This document shows, piece by piece, positions 11,722-25,308 of a DNA stretch of 60,460 bases. The stretch spans positions 35,488-95,947 of the forward strand of contig JAQGDQ010000786.1 of NCBI GenBank assembly GCA_030141605.1, read 5' to 3'. The number at the start of each line of letters is the position of its first letter. Within the stretch, counting starts at the first letter, position 1. The position numbers were made by a program, and so were the translations under genes. The notes beneath the pieces are model-generated. The model ran no database searches and was not told where the DNA came from. It worked only from the letters and a program-made list of their open reading frames with translations. This stretch comes from Tubiluchus corallicola (Eukaryota; Animalia; Priapulida).

Positions 11722-11861
11722 CTAGACCACCCTGGAAGTTGACTGGTAGTACGACGCCGATACACAGCACACAAACGACTGATAGATAAGCGATGAGGTA
11801 GCGCTGAAAGGTCATGTACTGTAAAGCATCTTGACCACACTTGTTTAACACGTGACAGTCC
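11722..11861 (-). CDS. TMEM63: TMEM63 exon 5
   Basis: CATTTCAG acceptor and GTAAGC donor. Encodes DCHVLNKCGQDALQYMTFQRYLI...VVLPVNFQGGL (CGxDAxxYLxFQR and LPVNF motifs). Phase 2 to 1. Confidence 0.95.
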
Positions 11862-12357
11862 CTGAAATGGGCAACAAACAATACTAACACAATGCTAACA
11901 ATTAGTATAATTTATTACGAGCAATTTCGCACGAATAATTGGTACGATGATAGCAAAATAGAGTAGGGGCTGGTTAACATACTCACTTTGGAACGGAAAT
12001 GTTTTGACCCAGCTAACCGACTGAGTCTTTTAACTGACAGATGTAGTATTACTAATATAGAACTATGAATCATCAGCTTAGTATAGACTGTTAAGACTTT
12101 TAATGAATTTTAAACATGAAGCAATACTTAAATTCCTAAATAGTTTCAAAAATTCAAAAATGTTTATAAAGTGAATTCATAAAAAAAAGAAATGCAAAAA
12201 AGTTGACTTTTTTAAATCAGAGGTCTGTTTATTTATAAAAGTTTGTTCAACTTTGGCTGCTTCGCTTTGTTTTTTGCAAAGAAGTTGGATCACAACGTTC
12301 TCGTAATGATAAAAGTCATAAAAGCTCCTTGGTCCCAGAAAAGTATCTTACTGAAGG

Positions 12358-12470
12358 ACATGAAGCAAAGATATTGAGTCAATTATGCGGAGTTATTTCA
12401 GTCTATTATCGGCAGCTTCTACATACATTTGAAAAGAAGCGGCCCGTACCAGGTGTTTATGAGTCATTAG
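12358..12470. repeat. Dispersed repeat fragment shared with about 15334-15440
   Basis: ATTGAGTCAATTATGCGGAGTTATT...CGGCCCGTACCAGGTGTTT occurs at both loci. Confidence 0.8.
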
Positions 12471-15400
12471 GATGGTTTTTGACAACCATCTGTCTTCAAG
12501 GTGATATGATGATTATTAACATAAATGTGACAAATGAATTCTTCGAAATCTATGTCTCCTGCAATGCAAAATTTACTTTGTTGCTTATCCTTTAACCTAC
12601 TTATTTTGGATAAAGTGTTTAGCTCATTTATAATCAGTCGGTAAAAAATGACCAAAGAATTGTGTGTTTCCATATAATCAGCATAATTTTTTCAACTTTT
12701 CATTGTCTAAATTGAGGAGGATACACGAGTGTAATGACGTAATCGGGGATTTAATAAAAATTACTGCCGATCGCTGTATTATGTATTCATCTTTACTTTT
12801 GCTCACATTCTTTTAAAACTATTTGTTTATTTAATATTTTAGTACATATTTTTGTAGCAAACATACTGCAACAAAGTAAAAATTATTGGGACATTCGTGG
12901 AATGGAGTATAAATTTGCAGGTAGTACTACCACACCACAAATAGTTACAGGTACGACTTGCATCAAACTAGCGCACCACAAGCAGTTAGTACAGCTACCG
13001 ACTTATATAAGCTGAGCGTTTATTTACAGCTGAGGATTATTCTTGATAATGAGTTTTTTGCAACCACCCGTCATGAATGATTGGTGGTTAATAGGCAATT
13101 AAAAAACAGTGTAACCTTTAGTCAATAGTGGGTTTTTGATATTGACCAAAGGGAGTCAGTTAAAGTTTTGTTTAATATGTATTACTAACTGGAAAGAATG
13201 ACCAACAGAACAATGAGGTGCTCCTGATAGTACATGAGCAACTAGCCATAGATATGTAGGTGTCTAGGATAAAAAGAAGTGATCTACCCTTACAACACTA
13301 TATTGTTAACTCTTAAGTTAAAGCCGTTCGTTGTTCAATTCTGAGACATCCACTTCATCTTCACTTGCTTGCTCTATTAAAATTTCATCAGCTTCAAGCT
13401 GAACAGCAAAAGTTCCCACCATATTACTAAATGAAGAATCTCCTCAAACATGAAATTTCCTCAGCAAATCATTAAAAAACCTTCTTTGCAGAGCTGCAGG
13501 CTGTATGGAACTTGATAGCACTTCTCAGTTGTCAGGTCTTCTTGTAATCGAAAATAATTTGTAAGTCGACATATTTAAAACTATGTTACTTTGATTTAAG
13601 GTAGAAAGCTTACAAGATTGGGTCAAATATCAATTTTTTTGCAAAAGCAAACACTAAATACAGTTGACTTTTATATTCTAGCATCAAATCATCAGGAAAA
13701 TGCTCAAAAGATACTAATAATTTGCTTTTATAATCCCGTAGGGCCTACTTCTCAGGCTAGAAACTAGTATTACAACTTTGAAAAAGTAGTAGAGTATTTT
13801 CGAACTCCAATAACTCGTGAAAGCAATCATTCTGATTGCCCAGATCCGCGAAGCCCAAACCTTCGTTTAGAAGAGCCCCTACTGGATCTAAACAAAGTTT
13901 CAATGTGCGCTTGCATGGTCCATAGCAAGCAACTTCTTGTATGGTTTGCTAAGTGTTTTGTAGAAACACAACAAAAAACAATGGCTGACTTTAACAGTGA
14001 TTTTCTCAAGATTATGTTTTCCAGTGTGTAGCCTGCACCTCAACTTCAATGTGGATTATCTCAGCTTAGAAATAACACAGAGCAATGAGCTTGGTATCAA
14101 AATGATCTTCACAAAATGAAAATTCAGGATATGTGAATAACTAGAAAAGCTAATGGACAACTTATGGACGATTTTGCTATGCAAGCACACATAGAACATG
14201 GTCAATACTCAGAATTCTGTGATCTCCTGTTTCCCGTTTTGTGCTGCCTTCTGGTGTTTGATAATTGAATTTTTTTATTATGTCCATATATTAGCTATTA
14301 AATTGTGTTTTGTTACTTTTACTTTAAACTTTGTTTTTCAGCTAGCCAACTGCAGACTTATAAACTATTTTGTTATGCAAGCACACATATGGTGTTACCA
14401 AAACGAAAAATACTCCAAAATTTTACCTCCAAAAAAAGACCAAAAAGGGTAATGAGTTACCACAGATGAGGTGGTATGTCGCAGTCTGGCTTTGTAAAAA
14501 AGCATGAGTAATACTTATCAACAAAACCAAGGTATGGTTGCTTTAAAAATTGAAAAACATTTCACCACTACTAGTTTGAAAATTTTTCGTTGACCTTGAA
14601 TGATCTTTGGGCCACCTACGCCTGTTTACCATCTTTTCAGACAGCGACCTATTTTAACTCTCCACTTTAGTAGGAAAATGAATACAGTCAGACTGTTTAA
14701 AACGTGGTGAATATATATTTTAAATTTTTGTTAAAAATTCATTTGTGTTTGTGGGTTTGATGCTCATTTTAGCGAATGTGCTTAAAATAATCTCTGTTAG
14801 ATTAAAAGAATCCTCCTCAACTCAAATACATGGTGATTAATAGAAATTAAAACACAAGCTCCTTGATATGTTCCGTGACACAATGAAGTCAGGAAGTAAC
14901 CAATTTATTGTCATTATAGCATAATACATACAATGAAATTTATATGGTTTTACGTACTGCAACAACTTATGGAAGCAACAAGGAGATTAACACAAATAAT
15001 TCAATCAGTTGTACAGTGACAGAGAGAATTAATATTGGAGATTAACTGAAATTTACTGTTGATGGTGCGAATTGCAAGAGGATAGAAAGAATTTAAAGTT
15101 CTTGTGGTTTTAATGTTAATTGAGCAGAATCTACCACCAGAGAAATTCAAAACATTCAAATGGGTGACATTCAAAGCAAAAGTGCTACTCTAGTATATTA
15201 TGATAAAAGTTCCTGCTTACAAATAAAACTGTATTTTATATGATTGTTTTTATGTATATAGAGCACAAAGGGAAGCTAAGATGATACAAAGTAGTAAAAA
15301 CACATTGGACACACAAAAGTGTCTTATGTAAGTACATGAAGCATTGAGTCAATTATGCGGAGTTATTCGATTCTATTATCGACAGTTTTTATACAAGTTT

Positions 15401-15623
15401 GAATAGAAACGGCCCGTACCAGGTGTTTTAGAGTCAATTTGGCGATTAATTCTATTATCCGTGAGTCTAATAAAGGTCCATGAGGTCTGACGCCTGCTGC
15501 ACATTTTAATTTTTATACATGTACCCATAAATATATATAAACATATCATATATGCATAAAAACATATCATATATGCATAAAAATATCTTTTGAATAGGTT
15601 TTAGCACATAATTTTATACTTAC

Positions 15624-15661
15624 GTAATTCTGAAAATGCTGATTATCCACGTGCAAAATCC
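15624..15661 (-). CDS. TMEM63: TMEM63 exon 4
   Basis: TCTTTATAG acceptor and GTAAGT donor. Encodes GFCTWIISIFRIT, matching the conserved GFCSWLxxxFRL motif. 38 nt, phase 0 to 2. Confidence 0.92.
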
Positions 15662-15773
15662 CTATAAAGAAATCAGCGTTTATAAACAGGATGCTAAGCG
15701 ACTTTGAGTTCAAAAAATTATTTGCATTAAAATTGATTTATTTATAAAAGAAACGTTAGTAGCTTATCTATAG

Positions 15774-16328
15774 TTAAAGAAAAGAACAAGTCACTCACAT
15801 GAGTGGTTTATTTTACTGTTATCACTTAAATTTAGAAAAATATAACAGAAATTTGCAAAGAACTGCCTATAAAGCACAAATTTAAAATATATCACATCTG
15901 AATAAAAATTTTCAAGTGTGATGGTTGACGCCATTCACTTGAAAATCATAGCATAACCGTTAGACTTCGTAACTTTTCGTAAGCGCGTTGCGGCTTTCAG
16001 TAACCAAGCGCTGCTTAAACTAATTCAAAATTCTGCAGCTTACCTAACGTTCAAGCAAAAAATATTTCAAAATTAGCTATCTAATTTTTTTGTAAAAACT
16101 TATACTTTTGACGAAGTGTGACAGTATGTTACTTTTGTTCGCGACGAATGATTGGAAGAAGAATGGGGATTGAAAATAGAAGCGCTCAAACATGAAGTGA
16201 TCGCGACTTTAAAATGATTTTACTAATTACACGGGGCGACTATTGCGGTTTCACTAGTAAATTCTTCTAACACTTTCGCAAAGATTGAAACAAGTCTAAC
16301 CTCCTAGAAGGCTTGATCTTTCCTTTAA
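15774..16328. mobile_element. TTAA-flanked Kolobok-like MITE family D, copy 1
   Basis: TTAA-AGAAAAGAACAAG ... CTTGATCTTTCCT-TTAA. Homologous to 27096-27720 and 56379-56874. Confidence 0.85.
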
Positions 16329-16414
16329 CTTGCTTGGCAAGTTCATACTAACTACATGCGAAACAATTTCAAAGCTTGGCCCAACTATTACTGATCCATT
16401 TTGACGTGATTTAC

Positions 16415-16523
16415 CTGATCTAAATGGGGAGGCAGGGATTCCTGTTCTGCATGCTTGGCACAACCATTCCTTGCTCTATTCCTCTCTTCCACTTCCCTCT
16501 CCGAGTAAAACAACGAAGTCCAA
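16415..16523 (-). CDS. TMEM63: TMEM63 exon 3
   Basis: TTTTGATAG acceptor and GTAAAT donor. Encodes WTSLFYSERE...HLDQ. Phase 2 to 0. Confidence 0.9.
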
Positions 16524-18347
16524 CTATCAAAAACAAAATGGAGGTTATAAAATTCCTGAACAAAGAAAAAACGAAGAAAATGCACAACATTCTAGTGCAT
16601 CTTCAGATACTGCCACCAAGTGTAGAAAACAGACAGAAAATAGCAAGGAAATTTAAAGTTGTTGACACATTTTTGACTTTATAAATCATAATTACTGAGA
16701 TATGTGACTGACTGTCTTTAGAATTTTACTATCAATCACTTCTTCGAAGCAAAAATAACCAAGCACGAAACTTGAAAGTTAAAAACGTGCTGATTTTTAT
16801 CGATATTTCAGTAATGTTACTGTGATACCAAAATTAGGAAAAATCTCGAAATATTGATGAAGAAAAATCAGTAAATTTTAGAAATCTAAACTTCGTTGTT
16901 TAATTTTTGTTTGAAAGAAGCAAATAACAGTAAAATTTATAAACCATATCACGAAAAGCAGATTCATTAAACAGAAAATAAGAAAGAAAAACATCGAAGA
17001 TTATAAAAGCAGAGCGCTATTCTGTTGTGTTACCATTCCAAAAAACAAAGGAAATGTTTTTTATAGTTATGTTTTTCAAAACTAACTGTGCATAGTGATG
17101 AACTTTGCAAATTTTTATTTGATTTTTCTAAAAATTCTTGACAATTAGCAGCTATAATTGTCACACTACAATTGAACTATATTATCTAAGTGCAAAGGTT
17201 CTGAATAGGAAACTTTTTCACGAGAAACAATGCAATTTTTTATCTGTGTGTTGCAATAAAACATATTCAAATGGCAAGACATGGTAAAAGAGCCAAAATT
17301 AAACGTAGCTAAACAATAGATTCATTTTCTCTAGTAATGGACTACCGAGTTTGCTAGTTTCCTCGAAACATTTTCACACAATTTACAATACAGTATCGTA
17401 AAGAGCACTCCTCCCACAATAACGTGAAGTACCCTAGTGACCACATGCTGAAAGCATGCCATGCAACCAACAGGACAAGATTGTAATCAATAGAAACGTG
17501 CCTGCATTATACATGCTTCTAAGGAACACCTACAGATAGCTACTTGCACGGATGAATAATTTGTGGGAAAGAAGAACTCGTCAATATTAATTCAAGAGGG
17601 ACTTTAATGCTCTCTGCCTGCCAGCGTCAACCATAATAATTTGACAATTTAGCCGACGTTTGCTAACACGACACAAACACTTTAAATCCCTGTGGACGGT
17701 AGTGCATGCTGCTTGAGAACTATACATCCTTTGAAATTCAATACTCGTGATGATTAGTTGCATGCAACGGCTTCATGTAATTTCTGTTATCTTTGACCTT
17801 TCTTTTGCATAAATATTCCTTCTTGCCATTATATTTTGTTTGTTTTATTACCCTTTGACTTAATGTCATATGATCTCAAATCATTTCTATAGCCTCTTGT
17901 CAAATGCTAAGAAAACTGTTAGGCAACTCAACCCCCTCCATTCAGAGACGATGGAAAAGACACCCCCTCCATATCCCTCACTCAAGGTCGTAATTACATA
18001 TTATGTTTTCCTTTCTCAACTTTCAGGTTTATTGCTCTTATACCATTGCTATTATTACATCATTTACTTCATCCTTATTTACATTAAGTTATCTACAGAA
18101 GCATGCATAACTATAATCATTTAAGTAAGGTGAGTGTGTTAATGACCGTATGGTCGTACACTCACCTCGCACTACTCAAATCATTTTATTTAAAGTTTAT
18201 TAATGTGAATGATATTGTATTTTGATGTGTGAAAATAAATTCATAGTTCAAGGTTCATAGTACAAACTCAATAAAATGGAGATACAAACTTATAACTACA
18301 GCAAGTAAACGAAAAATGAAAATGAAAAGTAGAAAAATAAAGCTCAC

Positions 18348-18380
18348 ACGTCATAACCGCTGCCACTTGGTACTATAAAT
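18348..18380 (-). CDS. TMEM63: TMEM63 candidate 33-nt alternative micro-exon
   Basis: TTATTTACAG acceptor and GTGAGC donor. Symmetric phase 2/2 and stop-free, encoding (R)FIVPSGSGYD(V). Confidence 0.55.
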
Positions 18381-18420
18381 CTGTAAATAAAGTATTCGAC
18401 AACATTAAAACATGCAAATA

Positions 18421-18692
18421 CAACAGTCTATACTAACACACGTATATTGTAGATACGACATTTAATGTATAGTAATAACAAGCATTTTGACTTTAGCTGT
18501 TTATAAGCAAGTACAACAGCCTATACTAGCATACGTATACTGTAGATACGACATTTAATGTATAGTAATAACAAGCATTCTGACTTTAGCTGTTTATAAG
18601 CAAGTACAACAGCCTATACTAGCATACGTATACTGTAGATACGACATTTAATGTACAGCAATAACAAGCATTCTGACTTTAGCTGTTTATAA
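18421..18692. repeat. 93-bp tandem repeat x3
   Basis: CAACAG(T/C)CTATACTA... recurs at 18421, 18514 and 18607. Confidence 0.93.
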
Positions 18693-18796
18693 AAACTGTG
18701 TTATAAGAAAGATATTAAAACAGGGTACAACAACTTTCTTTAGTGTTTAGATATTCTTTTTTGCTTTTAAATTTTTTTTGCTTTACTACCTAATAA

Positions 18797-19212
18797 TACA
18801 CTGTGTTCCAAAAGTCCCTCGCAAATTTGATTTTTTTAATTTTCTTTGCAGCTAATTAAACAATTAAAGAATGGCTTTTACATCTCCGCATTGGAAATCA
18901 GCATGATAATGTGAGAAAATGGCACACAACGTGAATTGTAGAACAAAAATATTTCAAGTTTTGTGCCATTTTCTTCTGTTATCATGCTGACTTCCAAAGC
19001 GGGGGTGTAAAATCCATTTCCGGTTGCCTCGTTGACAGTTAACGATACCGTTTAAGCATTAATTTCATTTAGAGATTTAACCTCATTAAATTAATGGATT
19101 TAATTTCTCATGAATCCTACACTTAGCAACCAAATTCTCATTTAGTTTCTCTTATAACTGCTAAAGTAATAAATTTTTAAAAATAATGAGCGACTTTTGA
19201 AACTCCCGCTAT
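18797..19212. mobile_element. Tc1/mariner-like MITE (degenerate)
   Basis: TA-CACTGTGTTCCAAAAGTCCCTC ... GAGCGACTTTTGAAACTCCCG inverted termini. Confidence 0.55.
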
Positions 19213-19983
19213 TGTAATTACAAAACATTTGAATGGAAAGTAGCAACCACTTCTTAAGAAGAGATGCTCACAGATAATGATTAGTGAACATTTTTAACAA
19301 ATAATGGGCTGCTTGAATAACTGCAGTTAGCTATACGCGAAGCTAGTGCACGCTAAACTGAGGAACTTAATCGTATGTCAATCGACAACGTGTATATGGC
19401 GTATGCTACATTATAAGCACATAGCAACTGTACAAACAAACCCCTTATACGTCAAACACTGTTAATTACTTAATTGAAAGCAAGAGTACAGCATGCTTGT
19501 GTAACAGTAGCTGAACTGACCAAGTAAATGTAGGAAGGGAAGCTCAAATAATATACCGTTTACACGATCAATTTTTAAACTGTCAAAGAAAAATTGACAA
19601 ACAAGAACTGTCAATCTAAAAAAAAAACTCTCACATTCTCTTGTATTCTCATATCCTCAGATACACTTAAACGTTTTCCAGATTTTCACGTTAACTGTAA
19701 ACATTTCGCGTTCCTTCATACTTTTGTGTCGTAGAATTCTCGCATAATAAACTAGTTTAATTTGATGAAGTGTTTTCTGGTTTTCTCTACGAGCCTTCCA
19801 AGAGAAACAAAACACAACAGAGCTTTCATCACTTACAGCGCGTTCAGACTAGCAAAACTCACCAAGTAATTTGCAAACGTGTTTAATTAGTGTCAGACAA
19901 TAACAGTGACAGTACACTTTACACTTGCGAGTTTGCTGTCGGAGAGAAAACTCACAACAGTAAAATCGGCAGTCTGAACACAC

Positions 19984-20374
19984 AATAAGCCTTTTCACAC
20001 TTCCAGCAATTGACGATGAGCATGAAAAAGTCAAAGGTTAAGTGTACCAGGCAACGCATTTGCATACACTTAACAATGCCTCGCAGCCCATGCTGTTGTA
20101 ATAGTAACAGTTATAACAACTAGCTAGAATCTTACGTAGTTAATTTTTCTTGTTCTCAAGTAAGATCCTGCTAGTAAATTACTCTAAGCACAGACTAAAG
20201 CAAGTAAAGTAAAGTCCACGTAAAACAAATTAAGTTACTGAACTGATATGGAAGATGGCCTTTGCTTTACCCACATGTCACGTGAAGATAGTCAAGATGC
20301 GTTGCTGTGGTACACTTAACCTTTAGCCTATGTTAACTGTGCATGCGCACAACGAAGCTGTGAAAAGGCTTATT
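19984..20374. mobile_element. MITE family A, copy 2
   Basis: Perfect TIRs AATAAGCCTTTTCACA / TGTGAAAAGGCTTATT. Confidence 0.92.
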
Positions 20375-20662
20375 AGTGTCAGACAATAACAGTGACAGTA
20401 CAATTTACACTTGTGAGTATGCAGTCAGAAAACTCACAACCGTAAAATCGACAGTCTGAACGCACAACTAAGTTGACTATAAAGAAAATAAGCCAGAAGG
20501 AGCTTATCGACATCAGTACCTCGTTAACTCTTTAAAAAACAACAATACTGCACAACACCGATAGAGGTATTAAAGGCAATAACAAATTTTCTGAGTATAA
20601 ATAAACTATGTGCATTACAGTCATAGCAAAGATTTTCATGTAAAAAGTGCAGCTTGACTTAC

Positions 20663-20745
20663 CTTGTCTCAGAACCAGGAACTAAAGCAAGCCTACCGTA
20701 ATTCCAAGCTTTCTTTCTCAGAAATGCAAACAGGAGCAGCAAGAG
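20663..20745 (-). CDS. TMEM63: TMEM63 exon 2
   Basis: TTTTCTTAG acceptor and GTAAGT donor. Encodes LLLLLFAFLRKKAWNYGRLALVPGSET, matching the conserved LRKxAWDYGRLALV motif. 83 nt, phase 0 to 2. Confidence 0.95.
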
Positions 20746-21264
20746 CTAAGAAAACACAAGAAACTCTCATTAACTTCATTACTCGATTACAATTTCAGCT
20801 ATGTCATAGAAAAAGAAGAAAAATCTACAACCCTACTACCTATAAATGCCAAAAATGGCATGAACTTTTATCAACAAACAAATAACTACATGTTAAGCAG
20901 TAGGTCATGAGTTCAAATCACAACATGGTTGACATTTTTTTCAGCACCTCTTTCGTTAACAATTAGCTGCCAGATTAACTAGTTCACATTTCATTTCGCA
21001 GATAAAACCTAAAATTCACTTCTTACGTTCTAGAACGGTTGCTTATAAAACCAGTACATCAATGTTTGTAGTGTTTCCACTTAAAATTCCTCAGTGACCC
21101 TGATACAGTGAAGATGGACAGGCAATGCCACCACATGAACAAAACGCTAAACAAATGAAATATCGTTTACATTAACTGGTGGATCCGGAATCAGATCCAA
21201 CAAAACTGAATCCAGTGAATCCCTAATTACGAACGTTAGTACATTTGGTACGCTGATTACTTAC

Positions 21265-21456
21265 CAACCAGCAAACCACATTGACGATTAAATTAAATGG
21301 TATTCCTTCGTAACCTCCGACCAGAACGTGAGTCTTGTTGTGTACCGAGAACGTGTTACAGTGCTGCCCAGGAGATATCGCAGTCGGTTCAAGAACTTCT
21401 AGTACCGTGACTTTTGAGCCACGGACGTCATTATTCAAGAACTGCGCACTAACCAT
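21265..21456 (-). CDS. TMEM63: TMEM63/CSC1-like (OSCA family) channel, coding exon 1
   Basis: ATG at 21456 with an in-frame upstream TAG. Encodes MVSAQ...VLVGGYEGIPFNLIVNVVCWL (the Y-x-GIP-x-x-L TM0 start typical of TMEM63). Ends at a GTAAGT donor, phase 0. An acceptor for the UTR part lies at 21544-21545. Confidence 0.9.
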
Positions 21457-23089
21457 GATGGAGACAATAATGATGAAGACAAATATGAGCTATATCAGTC
21501 CGTGATGTTATCAGTACAATCCATTGAGTACTATGCCGTACTCCTGCAATTAAAGTTTTCAGTGACATGATGGTAAATTGGCAAGTCTCACAGCAAAACT
21601 GTACAGTAGTAAATCGTGGGAAATAAATCTAAACTACTTTAAAATTGTATATAATTAATGTCAAAAATCAGAACATTATTTAAAATTAGTTGCAAAAAAC
21701 AACAGACAACTTAATAGCTTCATAAAATTTTACTTGAAAATGAGAAGGCAATTATACTTGTGTAACAGCACTTGTAGGCTGTATCCATATAGGTGCATAC
21801 TAAATAACTACTTATTATCATTAATACACAGTTGAATTAGGAAACATTACATTTGTGCTTCCTTGACATTTGTATGTACCATCACAGATGGCACCGCAGT
21901 AATCTACTCGATGTGTACTGCGCCCGATGTAGTCGCTACTCCCCATTCTCGGGGAAGTTGTTCAATTGATCCATGACGCCCAAGCTGAAAAACCTGTGTT
22001 GTGTGGCAGCACGACTACATCTTTTCTTTAACTTATGTGAATGTAACATAACGATTTCAAACAGATAAGTATAATAATAAGTAACAATACAAAAAAAGTA
22101 ATACTAACTTTGCATAGAAAGTATTTTGGGACATAGTTCAAAATTCCGTTTTCATCCCCTTTAAGCATGACTTTAATTCAAACTCGCTTATTTTACAGAC
22201 AATAGGTATTCCATTGCTGCACTACCAAATAGCATAAACGTTAGAGAAATCCATATAAGAATTATCGAAAGAAATACAAATTTTGGTTGCAGGAAACGGG
22301 TACGAGCAATAGGAAAACTCTTTGAGATTTCTTTACCACCGGTGTGCGATCGTTCTTTGAGTTCCCGAGCATACCCATAGATAGATTACAGCGAGAATAA
22401 ATTTTTGAGTACAAAAGCAATTTGAAATATTTTTGCATTTGAACTATATATTGCAAGAGTTGCCGTAATTGTCAACTTGTCGAACAACCAAGAACCAGAA
22501 ACATATGAGCCCGATTGCAAGGTCGATTTGCAAAAACTAACATGTAATATCATAAAAAAATCTTCATGGTTTGCAAAATTACATGATACATGCGTGTATT
22601 CCACTTTTTTCAGTACGCTCTTAGATAGATTTTGTAAAAATATTGTGTGGCAGCACAGTATTACAAATGCGAAAAAATTAATAAATTTTGTATTTACTGT
22701 ATTTGTTCACTGTTCAACTAAAATATTTTTTCGTTAACAATTCTATCTGTGTGAGCTTTCTCTACTCTCCATCTATATTCTTGCCTCAAATTTCCCTGTA
22801 ATATCCTCTTCTTCTTCTGTTGCTCTAAATATCTATTGTAGACATTGAGCCTCTATCCCTTATTAGAGTATTCCACTGTTTCCTATCTGCAGCTAAAATT
22901 CTCAACTTTGTCATTGTTAAGTTTTGCCTCAGCTGTTGTAAGTTTTTATATTACTATTGATATCATGTAATTTTAAGTATGATGTATACCATGTTTAGAT
23001 AATTATATTATTATATGTACGTATAGTGAGATACTTACTGATGACCAAAACTTCATCTAAATGGCAATGTAATCAGCAGAGTTTAGTGG

Positions 23090-24003
23090 CATAATGGTAA
23101 CTGGGGCTATAAGCGTGGATAAGCTTGTGCTGTGCCCCAATCTTCTTCACGAACACCTCCAAGTGACCTTAAAAGCATCTGAACTGGTAAGTTTCACTGC
23201 TTCGATCCTTTGTTAACCACTTGTTATTAATAACTATTTGGCTGAAATTGCATTTCCCAAGATCGAGTATAGACTTTCTATTCGCAAAATTTTGGAGTGA
23301 CCTCTTGTTGTGCTGTCATCACTAACAGTAAAAAAGTCATTACATTCCAGACACTTGAGTCCATTCATAATAATTCTAAAAGGCTTTCTTACTTCTAGGG
23401 CCAGTAGTCTGCATATTTTTAGTTCTGTTTGTACTTTAACTCAGCAAAACTAGGACACTCAATCAAGTTTATAGCTCTCTTTTTACACCTTCAACAATCT
23501 AACATGTTTCACCAAATAGGGCCTGCATGCAGAAATCCAAAATATGGCCTAACAAAGCTTTTGTACAGTTTGCAATTACATTTTTTGCCTTTATTGATAA
23601 AAGACCTTTTTATCATGCCAATGTTCCATTATCCCTTCTGACTGCTTCTGCATACTGTCTGCTAGATTTCAGTGACTCGTTTTTTTAACTCTTCCAAATC
23701 TTCAACCTGAGTAGCGCTTTCCAGTCTCATATTTCCCATAAAATAATGATAATGCATATTGCTAAAATCGAAATGGATGCATTCACACTTCTCTAAATTA
23801 AACAGCATCTGCCATTCAAGTGACCACTCACACACTTGCCCAAGTCTTCTTGTATGGTAAAAGCTTCCTCAGAACTACCCACAGCTCCAAGAATCTTGAT
23901 GCCATCAGCAAACTTTAGAATAGCACTAGAAATGTTATCTTCTATGTCATTTAGATAGGTTAAAAACAAAACAGGTCGAAGTTCGAATTTTTGTGGAACT
24001 CGC
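23090..24003 (-). mobile_element. Decayed CR1-clade LINE, 3' part of ORF2 (reverse transcriptase)
   Basis: Minus-strand fragments VPQ...PVLFLTYLNDIEDNISSAILKFADGIKI, IQEDL..VCEWSLEWQMLFNLEKCECIHF, LYKSFVRPY and NFSQIVIN, interrupted by frameshifts and stops. Confidence 0.88.
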
Positions 24004-24396
24004 TAGGTAGGAGTAAGCATCGAACGTTTGAGTTCGAACATTCAAATAAATTTCGAATGTTCGAATTCAATTCAAACAAGTTACTTTAGTTCAAATTCGA
24101 TTCCAACCTAAAACTATAGATTTGAGCAATTCAGCACTTCAATCACATACATTCTTTGTCACTAAAACAATTGAAGCATCATGCAATTAGCATAATTTAG
24201 CTGTGCACAATTTTTAACAAAATATTAGTAGTTATATTACAGAACAAAATGGATTAATATGCATGATCTTCTTAAACTAACTTTTACTGGTAATTTGAAA
24301 AATTGTTCAAAAATCTTTCAATCTCAATTCGAATTTAAAATACTGAAGTTCGGTTCGATTCAAATTTGTTTGCTGATAGAGAAAGCTCACCCTTAT
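24004..24396. mobile_element. MITE with TTCGAA subterminal repeats (related copy at about 52008-52378)
   Basis: Clusters of TTCGAA/TTCGAT at both ends, and shared internal AATATGCATGATCTT...GTAATTTGAAAA. Confidence 0.7.
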
Positions 24397-25308
24397 CAAA
24401 GAATGCTCACCCTAAAATCTAAGTAAATGATATTAACTTGTTTACTATCATAGCAAAGCATGTGATAATTTTTTATCTATGATCAAGATTAACAGTTGAA
24501 CAGCATTGTGCCAGCAATGGATTGCTGCTATTGCTAGCTAATTTCAATGACTAATTTTTGTTGTGTTTTCGATTATTGTTGATTATTTTGAGTAATTCGT
24601 GTGCTTAGTGATATTGTGTACCTTTTATAATGATAATTAGGCATTTATTTTTTGTCGCTTTTTATATTTTATATTAAGGCAATGAATTAGAGTGCAAATC
24701 TTATTCACGCTGAAAAATACAGATCAGAAAGAGCCAACTGCACTAGTTGCACGATCAATTCCACTAGCTAACGTTTCCTAAAGTAGCGTTACTACCTCGT
24801 TATATAATAATCTTTCTTACATAAACCATCTCACTCACGCCTTTTGTAAATAGCCCTATCAGTACTTACGGTAGGCTTAAACATTTCCTAACTCATGCGT
24901 GACAAATTCGTTGCTTTTGATTCAGTTGGAATATTCAGATTTAGTTTTGTTTGATGCAGTTTATTTACCAAACCTGCACGTGTGTATAGGATGAGTTTGT
25001 CTGCCTCAGAAAATTAAGCACGCTATAAAAATCTCTGTTCAGCAAAATTGGTAAAAACAGTATTTTTCGAGAGCACACGTAACTCTTAAACAAAAAGCGT
25101 GTCGGAAAAGTTTATGAATCAGTTGCACTGCAGCGTCTTGAAAATTCTTGCCATTTTCACTTTTGTCTTTCAAATTTCCCTCTTAACAACTGTTTTGTTT
25201 TAAGACAGGAGAAAATCCTCCTCTTATATAAAGCTTAAAAAATTCACCTTGCAATTTTATACCACTTACTGCCTTTTCGCGTGCAGGGTTTAAGTCAGCC
25301 GTAACTCT

